Positions 1 through 8,910 of a stretch of 63,381 nucleotides of DNA are shown here, one piece after another. Every line of letters starts with the position of its first letter. Positions within the stretch are counted from its first letter, which is position 1. The DNA is from Gemmatimonadota bacterium (GTDB taxonomy: Bacteria; Latescibacterota; UBA2968; UBA8231): positions 1-63,381 of the forward strand of contig PATE01000062.1 in NCBI GenBank assembly GCA_002712305.1, written 5' to 3'. The notes under the pieces are model-generated. The model was not told the origin of the DNA, did not search any database, and saw nothing but the letters and a program-made list of their open reading frames with translations. A program made the position numbers and the translations under genes.

Positions 1-395
1 GCAACACGCTCGTGGATATCGACGCGGAGCTGGTTTGCGAATACATCGAAATGACGCGTTTCCCCGTGCCCGCCGATGACCCCGCGTACAAAGTGACGGG
101 CACCTTCGCTGGTCTATTGCGGGCGGCGGACTTTATCGGTCAACTCGGTGATCCTGACTATCTACGGAAGATCCCGGCGCTGTTTTTCGAATTCGAACAG
201 CTGGGGACGAATCACAAGATGGGATACAAGAGTCCCACCGATATGCGGCGTGGGTTTGCCACGTTCTTCTGGAAGGAGGTCAGTCCGTACATCCAGGAGG
301 CCAGCCGCTACCTGCAGACCACACAGGACGGCAATCAGTGGCTCGCCAATCTGCATTCGCACGTCTTCCAGGTCGAACACGCCGACGACGACTGA
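1..395 (+). CDS. HD-domain phosphohydrolase-like protein, C-terminal part (5' end outside window)
   Basis: The frame of ORF 12..395 stays open to the window edge and ends at TGA 393-395. The tail GLLRAADFIGQLGDPDYLRKIPALFFEFEQLG resembles HD-superfamily metalloproteins (recognised by eye only). Confidence 0.4.
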   Translation, partial: NTLVDIDAELVCEYIEMTRFPVPADDPAYKVTGTFAGLLRAADFIGQLGDPDYLRKIPALFFEFEQLGTNHKMGYKSPTDMRRGFATFFWKEVSPYIQEASRYLQTTQDGNQWLANLHSHVFQVEHADDD

Positions 396-419
396 GTTGG
401 GTATAGGCTCTCTCGCCGA

Positions 420-1562
420 CTACGTCTGTTCTGGCCCCACCAGATACATCCCGGCCCCTCGGCGCCGCCCCCAACCAAATCGACCCGCCACATCTACTGC
501 GTGGGCTGCGAGTTTCTCTTCATCGAAGGTGAAGCCGAGACCCGGCTCGTCGTTGAGGACGATGTTCCCGTCGACGATGGGGTGGGTATGGGTTAGAACC
601 GCGTCCCGACCATTATCGAGGCATTCCATCATGATGTGGTTGGGAAGGGCCGCGGCCACGTGGGCGAGGAAATTGGCGGCACAGTTCATCATCGTCACCG
701 GTGTTTCGAAGGCATGAGCGACGGCGGCAATCTGCAAAGCGCCCGTGATGCCACCCGCGCCAAGGCCGACATTCACGACGTCGATGGCACGCTCACGAAG
801 CAGGGGTACGTATTCATCGATCGAGTGAAGATTCTCGCCTGAGGCGACAGCGGCGCGGATCCCATCGCTCACCTGGCGCAGCCCCGCCACATCCCATCGA
901 CGTGCCGGTTCCTCAATCCAGGTGATATCGTACTGCTGCTCGATGACGTGCATGTAGCGAATGGCCTGCTTGGGCGACCAGTATTCATTGACGTCGATGC
1001 ACAACTCCGGTGTGCGACCCGATGCAGCCAGCGCGTCCTTCATGATGCCGATGCGGCGCAGATCGTCATCGAGGCGGAGACCACACTTGAGTTTACCCGC
1101 ACAAACCCCACGCGATGCCATCCCCGCGTAGAACGTGTGGAGTTCATCGTCGGAGAGGGGAGAATCGATTCCTGAGGCATAGGCGCGAACCTGCCCCGAG
1201 GAGGCTCCGAGCGTCCTCCACAGGGGCTCCTGATTTATTCGTGCCTTCAGATCCCAAAGGGCGAGATCGAGGGCAGACACGGCGGCGGCTGATTGCCCCC
1301 TGTGGCCTCCCTTGAACACGTAGTCCACCATCTGGTTCCAGAGTCCCCGTACGCCACGAGGATCTTTGCCCATCAGGACTTGCTCGACCAGTTCGCTCAC
1401 CATGGGGCCACCGCCGAAGGAGATGCCACTCAAACCTTCGTCGGTGTCGAGGAACAACGCCTCAGACGGCATGAGTCGACCGCCATCGGGATTGTTGGCG
1501 TCGCCGATGGGACGGTGCAGTTGGATCTGATAAGGTTGAGTTCGAACGCCTGTGATCTTCAA
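420..1562 (-). CDS. Enolase-superfamily enzyme (mandelate racemase/muconate lactonizing family; probable sugar-acid dehydratase)
   Basis: 380-aa ORF. The blocks ALDLALWDLKA, CIDVNEYW, ITWIEEP and ASGENL fit the MR/MLE capping-domain and metal-ligand pattern. It starts 7 nt after the upstream amidohydrolase gene on the same strand. Confidence 0.85.
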   Translation of the reverse strand: MKITGVRTQPYQIQLHRPIGDANNPDGGRLMPSEALFLDTDEGLSGISFGGGPMVSELVEQVLMGKDPRGVRGLWNQMVDYVFKGGHRGQSAAAVSALDLALWDLKARINQEPLWRTLGASSGQVRAYASGIDSPLSDDELHTFYAGMASRGVCAGKLKCGLRLDDDLRRIGIMKDALAASGRTPELCIDVNEYWSPKQAIRYMHVIEQQYDITWIEEPARRWDVAGLRQVSDGIRAAVASGENLHSIDEYVPLLRERAIDVVNVGLGAGGITGALQIAAVAHAFETPVTMMNCAANFLAHVAAALPNHIMMECLDNGRDAVLTHTHPIVDGNIVLNDEPGLGFTFDEEKLAAHAVDVAGRFGWGRRRGAGMYLVGPEQT

Positions 1563-1569
1563 TGCGGTA

Positions 1570-2463
1570 TCAATCCAGGCGATAGATGCGGACGGCGTTA
1601 TCGTGGAGCAGTTTCACCTGCTCCTCATCGGGGCGAGACGCGATGATCTGCCGCAGAGCAGTTGCCCACTCAGCATAGCTGGCACCCAGTGTGCAGACGG
1701 GCCAGTCGCCGCCGAACACGACCCGATCTGGGCCGAAGGCGTCGAGACAATGATCGACGGTTGGCGCCAATGTCTGGGCTGACCAACCTTCCTGGGCGCG
1801 GGCGACGATGCCGGAGACTTTGCACACGACGTTCTGCTTCGAGCCGAGTGTTTCCATATCCCTCAGCCACTGCGCGGCTGTGTGCGAGAAGGGATTGTCC
1901 TGCTCGATCTGCGTGTTCTGTTCGGCCACCAGATAGGGATCTGCATTGCCACAGTGATCGAGGATCAGCAGCGTGTCCGGGCAGGCCTCCGCCAGCGCCA
2001 CGGCGTCGGCGATCTCGGCGGGACGAAGGCAGACGTCGAAACTCAGCCCCGCCTTCCCGAGGGCGCGCACGTCTTCGACGAATTCAGGCTGAAGGCACGT
2101 CCCCTGCGGCGTGTCGGGGCCGTGCAGGACCTGGCGGACACCGCGAATGTGGGGGGTGGCGCTGTATCGGCGGATATCCTCGCCAAATTCGTCGCTGCCC
2201 GGGCGGCCGGCGACAACGGCGGCCCGCATCACTTGCTGATCGTCGGCGCTCAAGGCGCTGACATAATCTGCCTCTTCGTAGCGTTGCTCCGGGGTAACGT
2301 CCACCTCCATGTACACGGTCCCCGTCACCTGCAAACCCTCGACGGCTGCCAGGTAGTCCTCGACGAGGAAGCTCCGATTGAGGGGGTCGACCCCGTCCAC
2401 CCAGGGCAGTTGAAAGCGCGACAAATCCCACAGGTGTTGATGGGTATCAAGAATCGGATGCAT
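1570..2463 (-). CDS. Amidohydrolase_2-family metal hydrolase (sugar-lactonase-like)
   Basis: 297-aa ORF beginning MHPILDTHQHLWD (HxH motif), with ILDHCG and FGGDWPV later. Pairing with an enolase-superfamily dehydratase is the classical lactonase + dehydratase module. Confidence 0.8.
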   Translation of the reverse strand: MHPILDTHQHLWDLSRFQLPWVDGVDPLNRSFLVEDYLAAVEGLQVTGTVYMEVDVTPEQRYEEADYVSALSADDQQVMRAAVVAGRPGSDEFGEDIRRYSATPHIRGVRQVLHGPDTPQGTCLQPEFVEDVRALGKAGLSFDVCLRPAEIADAVALAEACPDTLLILDHCGNADPYLVAEQNTQIEQDNPFSHTAAQWLRDMETLGSKQNVVCKVSGIVARAQEGWSAQTLAPTVDHCLDAFGPDRVVFGGDWPVCTLGASYAEWATALRQIIASRPDEEQVKLLHDNAVRIYRLD

Positions 2464-2477
2464 CTGAGAAGTTTCTC

Positions 2478-3082
2478 CTATTTGAGCAACAACATCTTGC
2501 GAGTCGTCATGAAACCTCGGAAGGCCAAATCAACAGATCCTTGTCCGGCACGATAGAAGTAGATCCCCGATGCTACCGAAGCCCCGTGCTGGTCACGACC
2601 ATCCCACACCAGGGGGTACGTCTCCGCGGGCTGGACGCCCAAGTTGATGACGCGCAGACGCTGACCGGCCACATCATAGATCTCGAGCTGAAGTGGTCCT
2701 GTGACGAAGTGATGAAAATCGATGGTGATCGAGATGTTGAACTGATTCGGCGCATTCTGCTCTACCATTGCGGTCAGTGGCAGGTTGAGGAACTCGACGG
2801 CCTACGGGTCTGGGTCCTCGAGGCAGCTGGTTTCAGTGCCCGGGGCTGTACCAGTCGGGCTCGCTTCTTGGCAAGGGCGCCCGGCCAGACGCCGGATGTG
2901 CCGCGGCGAGCGGCGGGGATAGGTATGCTGCTGCTGGCGACCGGGTGTTGGCGAGCATGGGCAGACATTTTCGCCAGAAGCTCTGCCGTGGCTTCATGGC
3001 GATTGGCACCGATGTCTTGTGCGACAACGAGACCTGCTGCAACGGCGACGAGCAGCACCCCCGAACGGACCTAACGTGACAT
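2478..3082 (-). pseudogene. Remnant of a T9SS-sorted secreted protein (signal peptide and C-terminal sorting domain survive, passenger decayed)
   Basis: ORF 2478..2768 is only a T9SS/FlgD-Ig-like C-terminal domain (QNAPNQFNISITIDF...LEIYDVAGQRL...WDGRDQHGASVASGIYFYR...KMLLLK). There is an in-frame TAG at 2802-2804 upstream of it. A signal-peptide-like start at ATG 3082 (MSR-TAG-VRSGVLLVAVAAGLVVAQD, TAG 3071-3073) lies in another frame. Confidence 0.55.
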
Positions 3083-3119
3083 GGAAAGTCCCCTGTGTTA
3101 CGTGTATTCTGAGCAGAGT

Positions 3120-3489
3120 TTAGAGAAGCGATGCGGCGAGACCAACTCGGGGCCCAACCCGGGCTGATTCAGGCCAGTTGACGCTGCCGCCGCAACTGTC
3201 GTATCTGCACATCAGATTTTTGTGATCTCGGGCACCACAAGTACACCCGGGGTCGATCTGATTCGAATATTTCACTGCCAGTTGCGCGGAATCGATAGCA
3301 CCCCGCGACGAGATCGAATGATTTTGAGTGTCGTCCGTCAATTCTTCCGACATTGCGCCAAGTTTTTGAACTGCACAACTGGCGCTAGACGGTGAGGGCT
3401 TCTGTCCCTTCATTTCGCACGAGCATGGTTGAGTTCGGTGAATCCGAGATACATCCGACGAAAAACAGGGCAAGTAGTAGCGGTTTCAT
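3120..3489 (-). pseudogene. Small lipoprotein gene, disrupted (lipobox signal peptide not joined to an intact body)
   Basis: ATG 3489-3487 opens MKPLLLALFFVGC (lipobox-like), but this frame hits TAG 3385-3387 after 34 codons. The same frame then reopens down to 3169, while ORF 3120..3473 is open in a second frame over the same DNA. Either a nonsense codon or a frameshift separates the signal from the body. Confidence 0.35.
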
Positions 3490-3612
3490 TGGCTCTCTCT
3501 ACAGAGAGTTAGATTTTTGTTAGACGAAAACTCTCGAGGCAATTGACCCCATCCTGAATCATTGTTTTTACTAGAGTAAAAAGTGTCTGTTCTTTTGTGA
3601 TATACGAACTAC

Positions 3613-4203
3613 ATGTTCGACTATCAGAAGCTCGTCCACATCCCCCTGATCGTCAGCCAGCCCGGAATCGACGACGGCCGTCGACAGGCTCTTACGGCGA
3701 CGATGGATCTGATGCCTACCGTGATGGACTGGTTTGACGCCAAGATACACGCCCACGTTCACGGGCGTTCCCTGCAGCACGTGCTCGATGGCAGTGCCGA
3801 TCATCACGACGCTGTGCTCTACGGCTACTTCGGCAAGGATATCAATCTGACCGATGGTCAGTACACCTATTGCCGGCAAGCCATCGTCGACTCGACGGTC
3901 CATCATCACACGCTGATGCCCGTTGGATTTTCTGACTTTGAGGGGCGCGAGAAACTGGCCTCGGCTGAACTTGGCGTCTTTCTCGAGAACGCTCACGACG
4001 TCACCCACCTGCGTTTTCCCGTCAAGAGTCGTCGTCATCGGGATGCAGTGGACTCCAACCTGATCTATGATATACAGACCGATCCGCAGCAGCAGTCGCT
4101 CGTGAAGGACGATGCCCTTGAGGCACGGCTGGCTCAGCAGATGCGGTCACTACTGAAACGTTTCGACGCACCGCCGTGTCAATACGAACGCATGGGGCTG
4201 TAG
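3613..4203 (+). pseudogene. Sulfatase, 3' remnant only (catalytic N-terminal part missing)
   Basis: The 196-aa ORF matches only the C-terminal half of arylsulfatase-type enzymes (VHIPLIVSQPG, DLMPTVMDW, HGRSL). An in-frame TGA at 3598-3600 and a ~38% GC spacer (3481-3600) lie directly upstream. There is no CxPxR motif. Confidence 0.7.
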
Positions 4204-4225
4204 CCTCAAACCACAGGAGCTTCTC

Positions 4226-5224
4226 ATGTATCGAGTCGGGGTTATCGGTTGCCGAGGCATCGGCGTACGGCACGCAGCGGGGATTGCCATGTTCAACGAC
4301 CCGGACAGAGCGGCAGTGGTGGCCGCCTGCGATCTGGTCACGGACGAGATCGACGCCTTCAAGGGTGAGTTTCCTGACACCGAGATCACAGGTTACACCG
4401 ACCATCGGCAGATGCTGGAAAAGGAAAACCTGGATATCGTCACCGTCGCCACCTCCGACCATGCCCACACGGCACTCGTCGTCGACGCTGCCGAGGCAGG
4501 TGCAAAGGGGATCTTCTGCGAGAAACCCCTGGCTACGACGGTGGAAGATGCCGCGGCCATGGTCGCCGCATGTGAGCGTCATGGGGTGGTCATCTCTGTC
4601 GATCATACACGTCGGTGGACGCCGATCTGGCGCCATGGTAAGGAACTGGTCGACGCCGGAGAGATCGGGCAGGTGCAATACGTGATCGGCGCGCTGAGAG
4701 GTCCCCGGGCGATGCTGTATCGCAATGGAACCCACTGTATCGATTCCACGTGTTGGTTTGCCGGTGGTCGCCCTGTGTGGGTGACGGGAGACTTGGAAGA
4801 GGGGTACGACGACTATACCGAGTATGCAGGTGATGGAGGGCACGTTCCTGCCACAGAGCCTGGAGCCAATGCCTACATCAAGTTCGACAATGGTGTCGGT
4901 GGGTTTTATGTGGGAGGGTCCAAGAAGACACCAGAGCCGAAGTTCGGCACAGAGGTTGTGGGCAGCAGCGGTCGACTGATCATCGACAGCAACGAGTCGG
5001 CCACCCTCTACCGGGGCACCGAAGCCGAAGTCATCCCGGCGCCCGAATGGCCCGTGAGTGGCATCGAGGCCGGCGTTCAGGATCTGGTGCAGAACCTGGA
5101 ACAAGGCGGCACGGAGTCGATCTCTACAGGACGTGACGGGCAGGCCGTAGTCGAGGTGATCGCTGCCATCCTCGCTTCTCACCAGGCAGGACATGCGCCG
5201 ATTCAGATCCCGCAAGCGCGGTAG
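4226..5224 (+). CDS. Gfo/Idh/MocA-family NAD(P)-dependent oxidoreductase
   Basis: 332 aa. N-terminal Rossmann motif MYRVGVIGCRGIGVRHA and the EKP motif (IFCEKPLA). Confidence 0.85.
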   Translation: MYRVGVIGCRGIGVRHAAGIAMFNDPDRAAVVAACDLVTDEIDAFKGEFPDTEITGYTDHRQMLEKENLDIVTVATSDHAHTALVVDAAEAGAKGIFCEKPLATTVEDAAAMVAACERHGVVISVDHTRRWTPIWRHGKELVDAGEIGQVQYVIGALRGPRAMLYRNGTHCIDSTCWFAGGRPVWVTGDLEEGYDDYTEYAGDGGHVPATEPGANAYIKFDNGVGGFYVGGSKKTPEPKFGTEVVGSSGRLIIDSNESATLYRGTEAEVIPAPEWPVSGIEAGVQDLVQNLEQGGTESISTGRDGQAVVEVIAAILASHQAGHAPIQIPQAR

Positions 5225-5233
5225 GAGCCATCG

Positions 5234-6910
5234 ATGACCGAATCGTTTCGTGTAGACCGCCATGTGGACACGAAGGTCCCCATGCGGGACGGTGTTCAGC
5301 TGTCGGCAGATCTCTTTCTACCCCGTGGCGCGGGTCCTCGCCCAACGGTTCTGATGCGCACACCCTACAGCAACAGCCTCGAGGCCACGATCGAGAAGGG
5401 GCAACGGCTGGCCGATGGTGGATACAACTGTGTCATCATGGACTGCCGCGGACGCTGGGACTCGGAGGGGGAGTATGTCCCTTTTCTCAACGAGGGGGTC
5501 GACGGATTCGACACGCAGGAGTGGATCGGGCAGCAGCCCTGGAGTGATGGGACGATCGGCACCGCTGGCGCCTCGTATCTGGGGACCACGCAGTGGCGTC
5601 CTGCCCCGTTGGGGAGTTCCTATCTCAAGTGCATCGTTCCAAGGGTGATCTGTACCGACTACTACTCTGGTCTGCTGTATCCGGGGGGTGCCCTGCAGTT
5701 GAATGTGGCTATGACCTGGGGGATGCGAACCCATGGACGCACAGGTCAGGACATCGAGTTCCATAACTGGACGCAAGCGTTTCGGCATCTGCCGATCCGT
5801 GACATCGACCAGTCAGGTGGTCGAGATCTGCCCTTCTGGCGCGATTGGATCGACCACCCCAGCTACGACGACTACTGGTCGCCCATGGACGACGAGCAGA
5901 GGTGGGATCAGATCAAGGTGCCGGCGTTGAATATGGGCGGTTGGTTCGACCTGTATGCCAACCAGACCTTCACGAACTTCAATGGGCTGCGACTGCACGG
6001 TGGATCCGAGCTCGCCCGGCAGAGCCAACTCATCATCGGTCCATGGCCTCATGCGTTGAGTATGTCGACACGCACAGGTGATATCGACTTCGGTCAGCAA
6101 TCCCTCTACGATCTGGAGGCCCTCGAACTGCGCTGGTTCGATCGCTGGCTGCGGGGCATCGACAATGGCATCGAGAGGGAATCACCTCTGCGTCTGTTTA
6201 TCATGGGAGCCAACCGGTGGCAGGATGAAGACGAATGGCCCCTGGCGCGCACAGACTGGCAACGGTGGTTCCTGCACTCGGAGGGACAGGCAAACTCTGT
6301 CATTGGTGATGGTCGGCTGAGTCTCGAATCACCGGCAGCAGAGGCGGCCGATCAATTCGTCTACGATCCAGACTACCCGGTGCAGACACTGGGTGGAAAC
6401 AACTGCTGCTCGCCGCACGTGGTACCCTGGGGACCCCACGACCAGAGGCCGGCAGAGATGCGAGGCGATGTCCTCTGCTACACAAGCGACCCGCTGGCGG
6501 GGGATCTGCAGGTGATCGGGCCCATCGAGGTGGTTCTGTTCGCCGCCACCGACGGTCTGGATACAGACTGGACGGCCAAACTCGTGGACGTGTTCCCGAA
6601 TGGTTATGCCATGAATCTGTGTGACGGGATTGTCAGGGCGCGATACCGGGAAAGCCGTGAGACACCGTCTTTGTTGGAAGCGGGTACGATCTACGAATAC
6701 CGCATCGAAGTGGGTGTCACAGGGAACGTCTTCCAGGTTGGGCATCGTCTCCGACTGGAGATTTCGTCCTCCAACTTCCCGCGCTTCGACCGGAATCCGA
6801 ACACCGGCAACACGTACGGTGTCGATGCGCAACTACGCGTGGCCCACCAGACCGTCCATCACAGCGCCGACCATCCCTCTCACGTGCGGATTCCGGTGAT
6901 CCCCGCGTAG
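5234..6910 (+). CDS. CocE/NonD-family hydrolase (X-Pro dipeptidyl-peptidase S15-like)
   Basis: 558 aa. MRDGVQLSADLFLP...PTVLMRTPY, GASYLG (nucleophile elbow) and a C-terminal beta-sandwich ending ...HHSADHPSHVRIPV fit CocE/NonD. It lies 9 nt after the oxidoreductase gene. Confidence 0.85.
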   Translation: MTESFRVDRHVDTKVPMRDGVQLSADLFLPRGAGPRPTVLMRTPYSNSLEATIEKGQRLADGGYNCVIMDCRGRWDSEGEYVPFLNEGVDGFDTQEWIGQQPWSDGTIGTAGASYLGTTQWRPAPLGSSYLKCIVPRVICTDYYSGLLYPGGALQLNVAMTWGMRTHGRTGQDIEFHNWTQAFRHLPIRDIDQSGGRDLPFWRDWIDHPSYDDYWSPMDDEQRWDQIKVPALNMGGWFDLYANQTFTNFNGLRLHGGSELARQSQLIIGPWPHALSMSTRTGDIDFGQQSLYDLEALELRWFDRWLRGIDNGIERESPLRLFIMGANRWQDEDEWPLARTDWQRWFLHSEGQANSVIGDGRLSLESPAAEAADQFVYDPDYPVQTLGGNNCCSPHVVPWGPHDQRPAEMRGDVLCYTSDPLAGDLQVIGPIEVVLFAATDGLDTDWTAKLVDVFPNGYAMNLCDGIVRARYRESRETPSLLEAGTIYEYRIEVGVTGNVFQVGHRLRLEISSSNFPRFDRNPNTGNTYGVDAQLRVAHQTVHHSADHPSHVRIPVIPA

Positions 6911-6930
6911 GCCCCCATGCACGGGGGCCG

Positions 6931-8385
6931 CTACATCCACCACAACTGTTCCCAGCGATTGCCTCCCGTATTCGCCTGGGGCGCACCTGGTGTTGAGCGG
7001 CCCTCCACCACGTACCTGGTCAGCAACTGCTGGAGTCGCTCCACGACCTCCGGGTGCTGGTCCTGGACATTGCTGCGTTCCCCAATGTCTGCTTCCAGAT
7101 CGTAGAGCTGAATCGGTGGCAGCCCCCGGCTCTCTTCGCCCGGTCGGGGATAACTCCAACCGCCTGACCCCGGACACATCTCCAGTTTCCAGCGACCAGC
7201 GCGGATGGAGAACGAACCGTCCACGGAGTGATGGACGGTGGCCTCCCTCAGGCTTGTGTCGAGGGGTTCACCCTGCCAGAGGGGCAGGTTGCTGACGCTG
7301 TCCTCTCCCGCATCATCGGGCAGGGGGTCTCCCAGGATGTCGGCGACGGTAGCAAGCAGATCGACGAGGCAGACGGTCTGCTCACAAAGGGAGCCCGGTT
7401 CGATCTGCTCCGGCCACCGAATCAGCAGGGGAATCCGATGGCCACCCTCGTAGATATCGGCTTTGTGGCCGCGAAAGACGTAGCTGGGTTTGTGCCCCAC
7501 CGCATCGAGCTCTTCGAAGTCCGCCATCGGTGAACAGCCATTGTCGGAGGCAAAGATGAGGATCGTGTTATCGGCGATTCCATGCTGTTCAAGTTTGGCC
7601 ATCATCTGCCCGACGACGTCGTCAACCATGAGACAGAAGTCACCATACTCGTTCGTGCCCGACGCGCCCTGAAAGGATTCGCTGGGCAGGATCGGTGTGT
7701 GTGGCGCCGGCAATGGGAAGTAGAGGAAGAAGGGCTCGCCGGCGTGATCATCGACGAAATCGAGAGCCTCCTCCGCTAACCGGGGCAGGACTTCCTCATG
7801 TTCGAAGTCGGTGGAGATCGGACCTTCGCGCCAGAACTGCTTGCCCTTGCGCTCCTCGATGCGCCGGTCTGGGGCCATCGTCGGCCGATCGTCATCGATG
7901 TAGAGGTAGGGGGGAATGTCGAGGGAGGCCGCAATGCCGAAGAACCGATCAAAGCCGACCGTTGTTGGTCCGCGACTGATCGGCTGCGATAGGTCCACAT
8001 CCTCTTCCGACAGGTCCCCATCCGGTTCAGGGTGACGCCGACACCAATCCCATCCCAGGTGCCACTTGCCGACACAACCCGTCGAATAGCCGCGCTCGCC
8101 AAGATACGAAGCGACGGTCATGCGATCTGGTTCGATCACGGGGGGCGACCAACTCCAGGCGACGCCGCGCTTCATCCAGGATCGCCAATTGTATCGTCCC
8201 GTCAGGATACCATACCGAGAAGGGGTACAGACGGCGGAGGTGGCATGGGCGTCGGAGAATCGCATCCCTCCCGCGGCCATTGTGTCCAGGTGGTGGGTAC
8301 GAATCTTGGACGTCTCGTTGAGGCACGACAGATCACCGTAGCCCATGTCATCGGCTAGGATGTATACGATGTTGGGTTTGCTCAC
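6931..8385 (-). CDS. Cys-type sulfatase (arylsulfatase A family), no signal peptide
   Basis: 484 aa with a GTG start at 8385 preceded by GAGGAGA. It begins MSKPNIVYILADDMGYGDL and carries the FGly motif CTPSRYGILTGR. Confidence 0.9.
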   Translation of the reverse strand: MSKPNIVYILADDMGYGDLSCLNETSKIRTHHLDTMAAGGMRFSDAHATSAVCTPSRYGILTGRYNWRSWMKRGVAWSWSPPVIEPDRMTVASYLGERGYSTGCVGKWHLGWDWCRRHPEPDGDLSEEDVDLSQPISRGPTTVGFDRFFGIAASLDIPPYLYIDDDRPTMAPDRRIEERKGKQFWREGPISTDFEHEEVLPRLAEEALDFVDDHAGEPFFLYFPLPAPHTPILPSESFQGASGTNEYGDFCLMVDDVVGQMMAKLEQHGIADNTILIFASDNGCSPMADFEELDAVGHKPSYVFRGHKADIYEGGHRIPLLIRWPEQIEPGSLCEQTVCLVDLLATVADILGDPLPDDAGEDSVSNLPLWQGEPLDTSLREATVHHSVDGSFSIRAGRWKLEMCPGSGGWSYPRPGEESRGLPPIQLYDLEADIGERSNVQDQHPEVVERLQQLLTRYVVEGRSTPGAPQANTGGNRWEQLWWM

Positions 8386-8551
8386 CGGGTCTCCTCGCAG
8401 GTCTCCTCGTTTGGGATTCGAAGATAGACCCCCCCTCCTGACTCGGCGAATGGGCGCCGAGGCCTACCGACAGCAGGCTGAGAATCGATAAAAGACGCCA
8501 GTTTTGGTTGGCGCCTTCGTTTCGTACCTTCAGCCCTGAGGAGCGCTACGC

Positions 8552-8773
8552 ATGACTGAGTCGGCCCTGCTGCCTGATACGAATACGATCGCCCTTTGGA
8601 TGCTGGTCGCGATTACGATCGTGATTGCGGCCAAGGTTGTGACGGGCGTCCTGTTGGGTCAGCGACGCAAGGAGATCTACAAGATCCGCGAAAAGTTGTT
8701 CGTCACGCGGCAGGAAAGACCTCCACCACCAGATCGAGATTACAAAGGCAGATCTTGCGGCTCACGAAGCTGA
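8552..8773 (+). CDS. Hypothetical small membrane protein
   Basis: 73-aa ORF with GAGGAG 8 nt upstream of the ATG and one hydrophobic helix (IALWMLVAITIVIAAKVVTGVLL). No family recognised, and the downstream 140 nt is ambiguous. Confidence 0.3.
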   Translation: MTESALLPDTNTIALWMLVAITIVIAAKVVTGVLLGQRRKEIYKIREKLFVTRQERPPPPDRDYKGRSCGSRS

Positions 8774-8910
8774 GGAGGTAGGCGATGAGGAGGAAACCGA
8801 CCGCGGCGATCCGACGATCCCCGCTCACATGCGCCTGCGGGAAGAAGGACTGTTCGAGTAGGGGCGGTTGGTTCCAACTCGACGCTAATCCCAACTAACA
8901 AGAGCATCGG

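Noticed and set aside
4022-5263. Long antisense or alternative-frame ORFs are present: 4022..5263(-), 33963..34874(-), 43291..45156(-), 43203..44291(+), 53917..54918(-), 57000..57737(-) and 32920..33693(+).
   Set aside because: All lie opposite or out of frame to genes with strong family signatures. They translate to Arg/Pro/Gly-rich low-complexity sequence, which is typical of stop-poor frames in high-GC DNA.
8552-8894. This could be a disrupted MAPEG-like small membrane protein, from the convergent overlapping small ORFs 8552..8773(+) and 8703..8894(-).
   Set aside because: No diagnostic motif could be aligned in any frame, so the evidence is insufficient for more than a hypothetical small membrane ORF.
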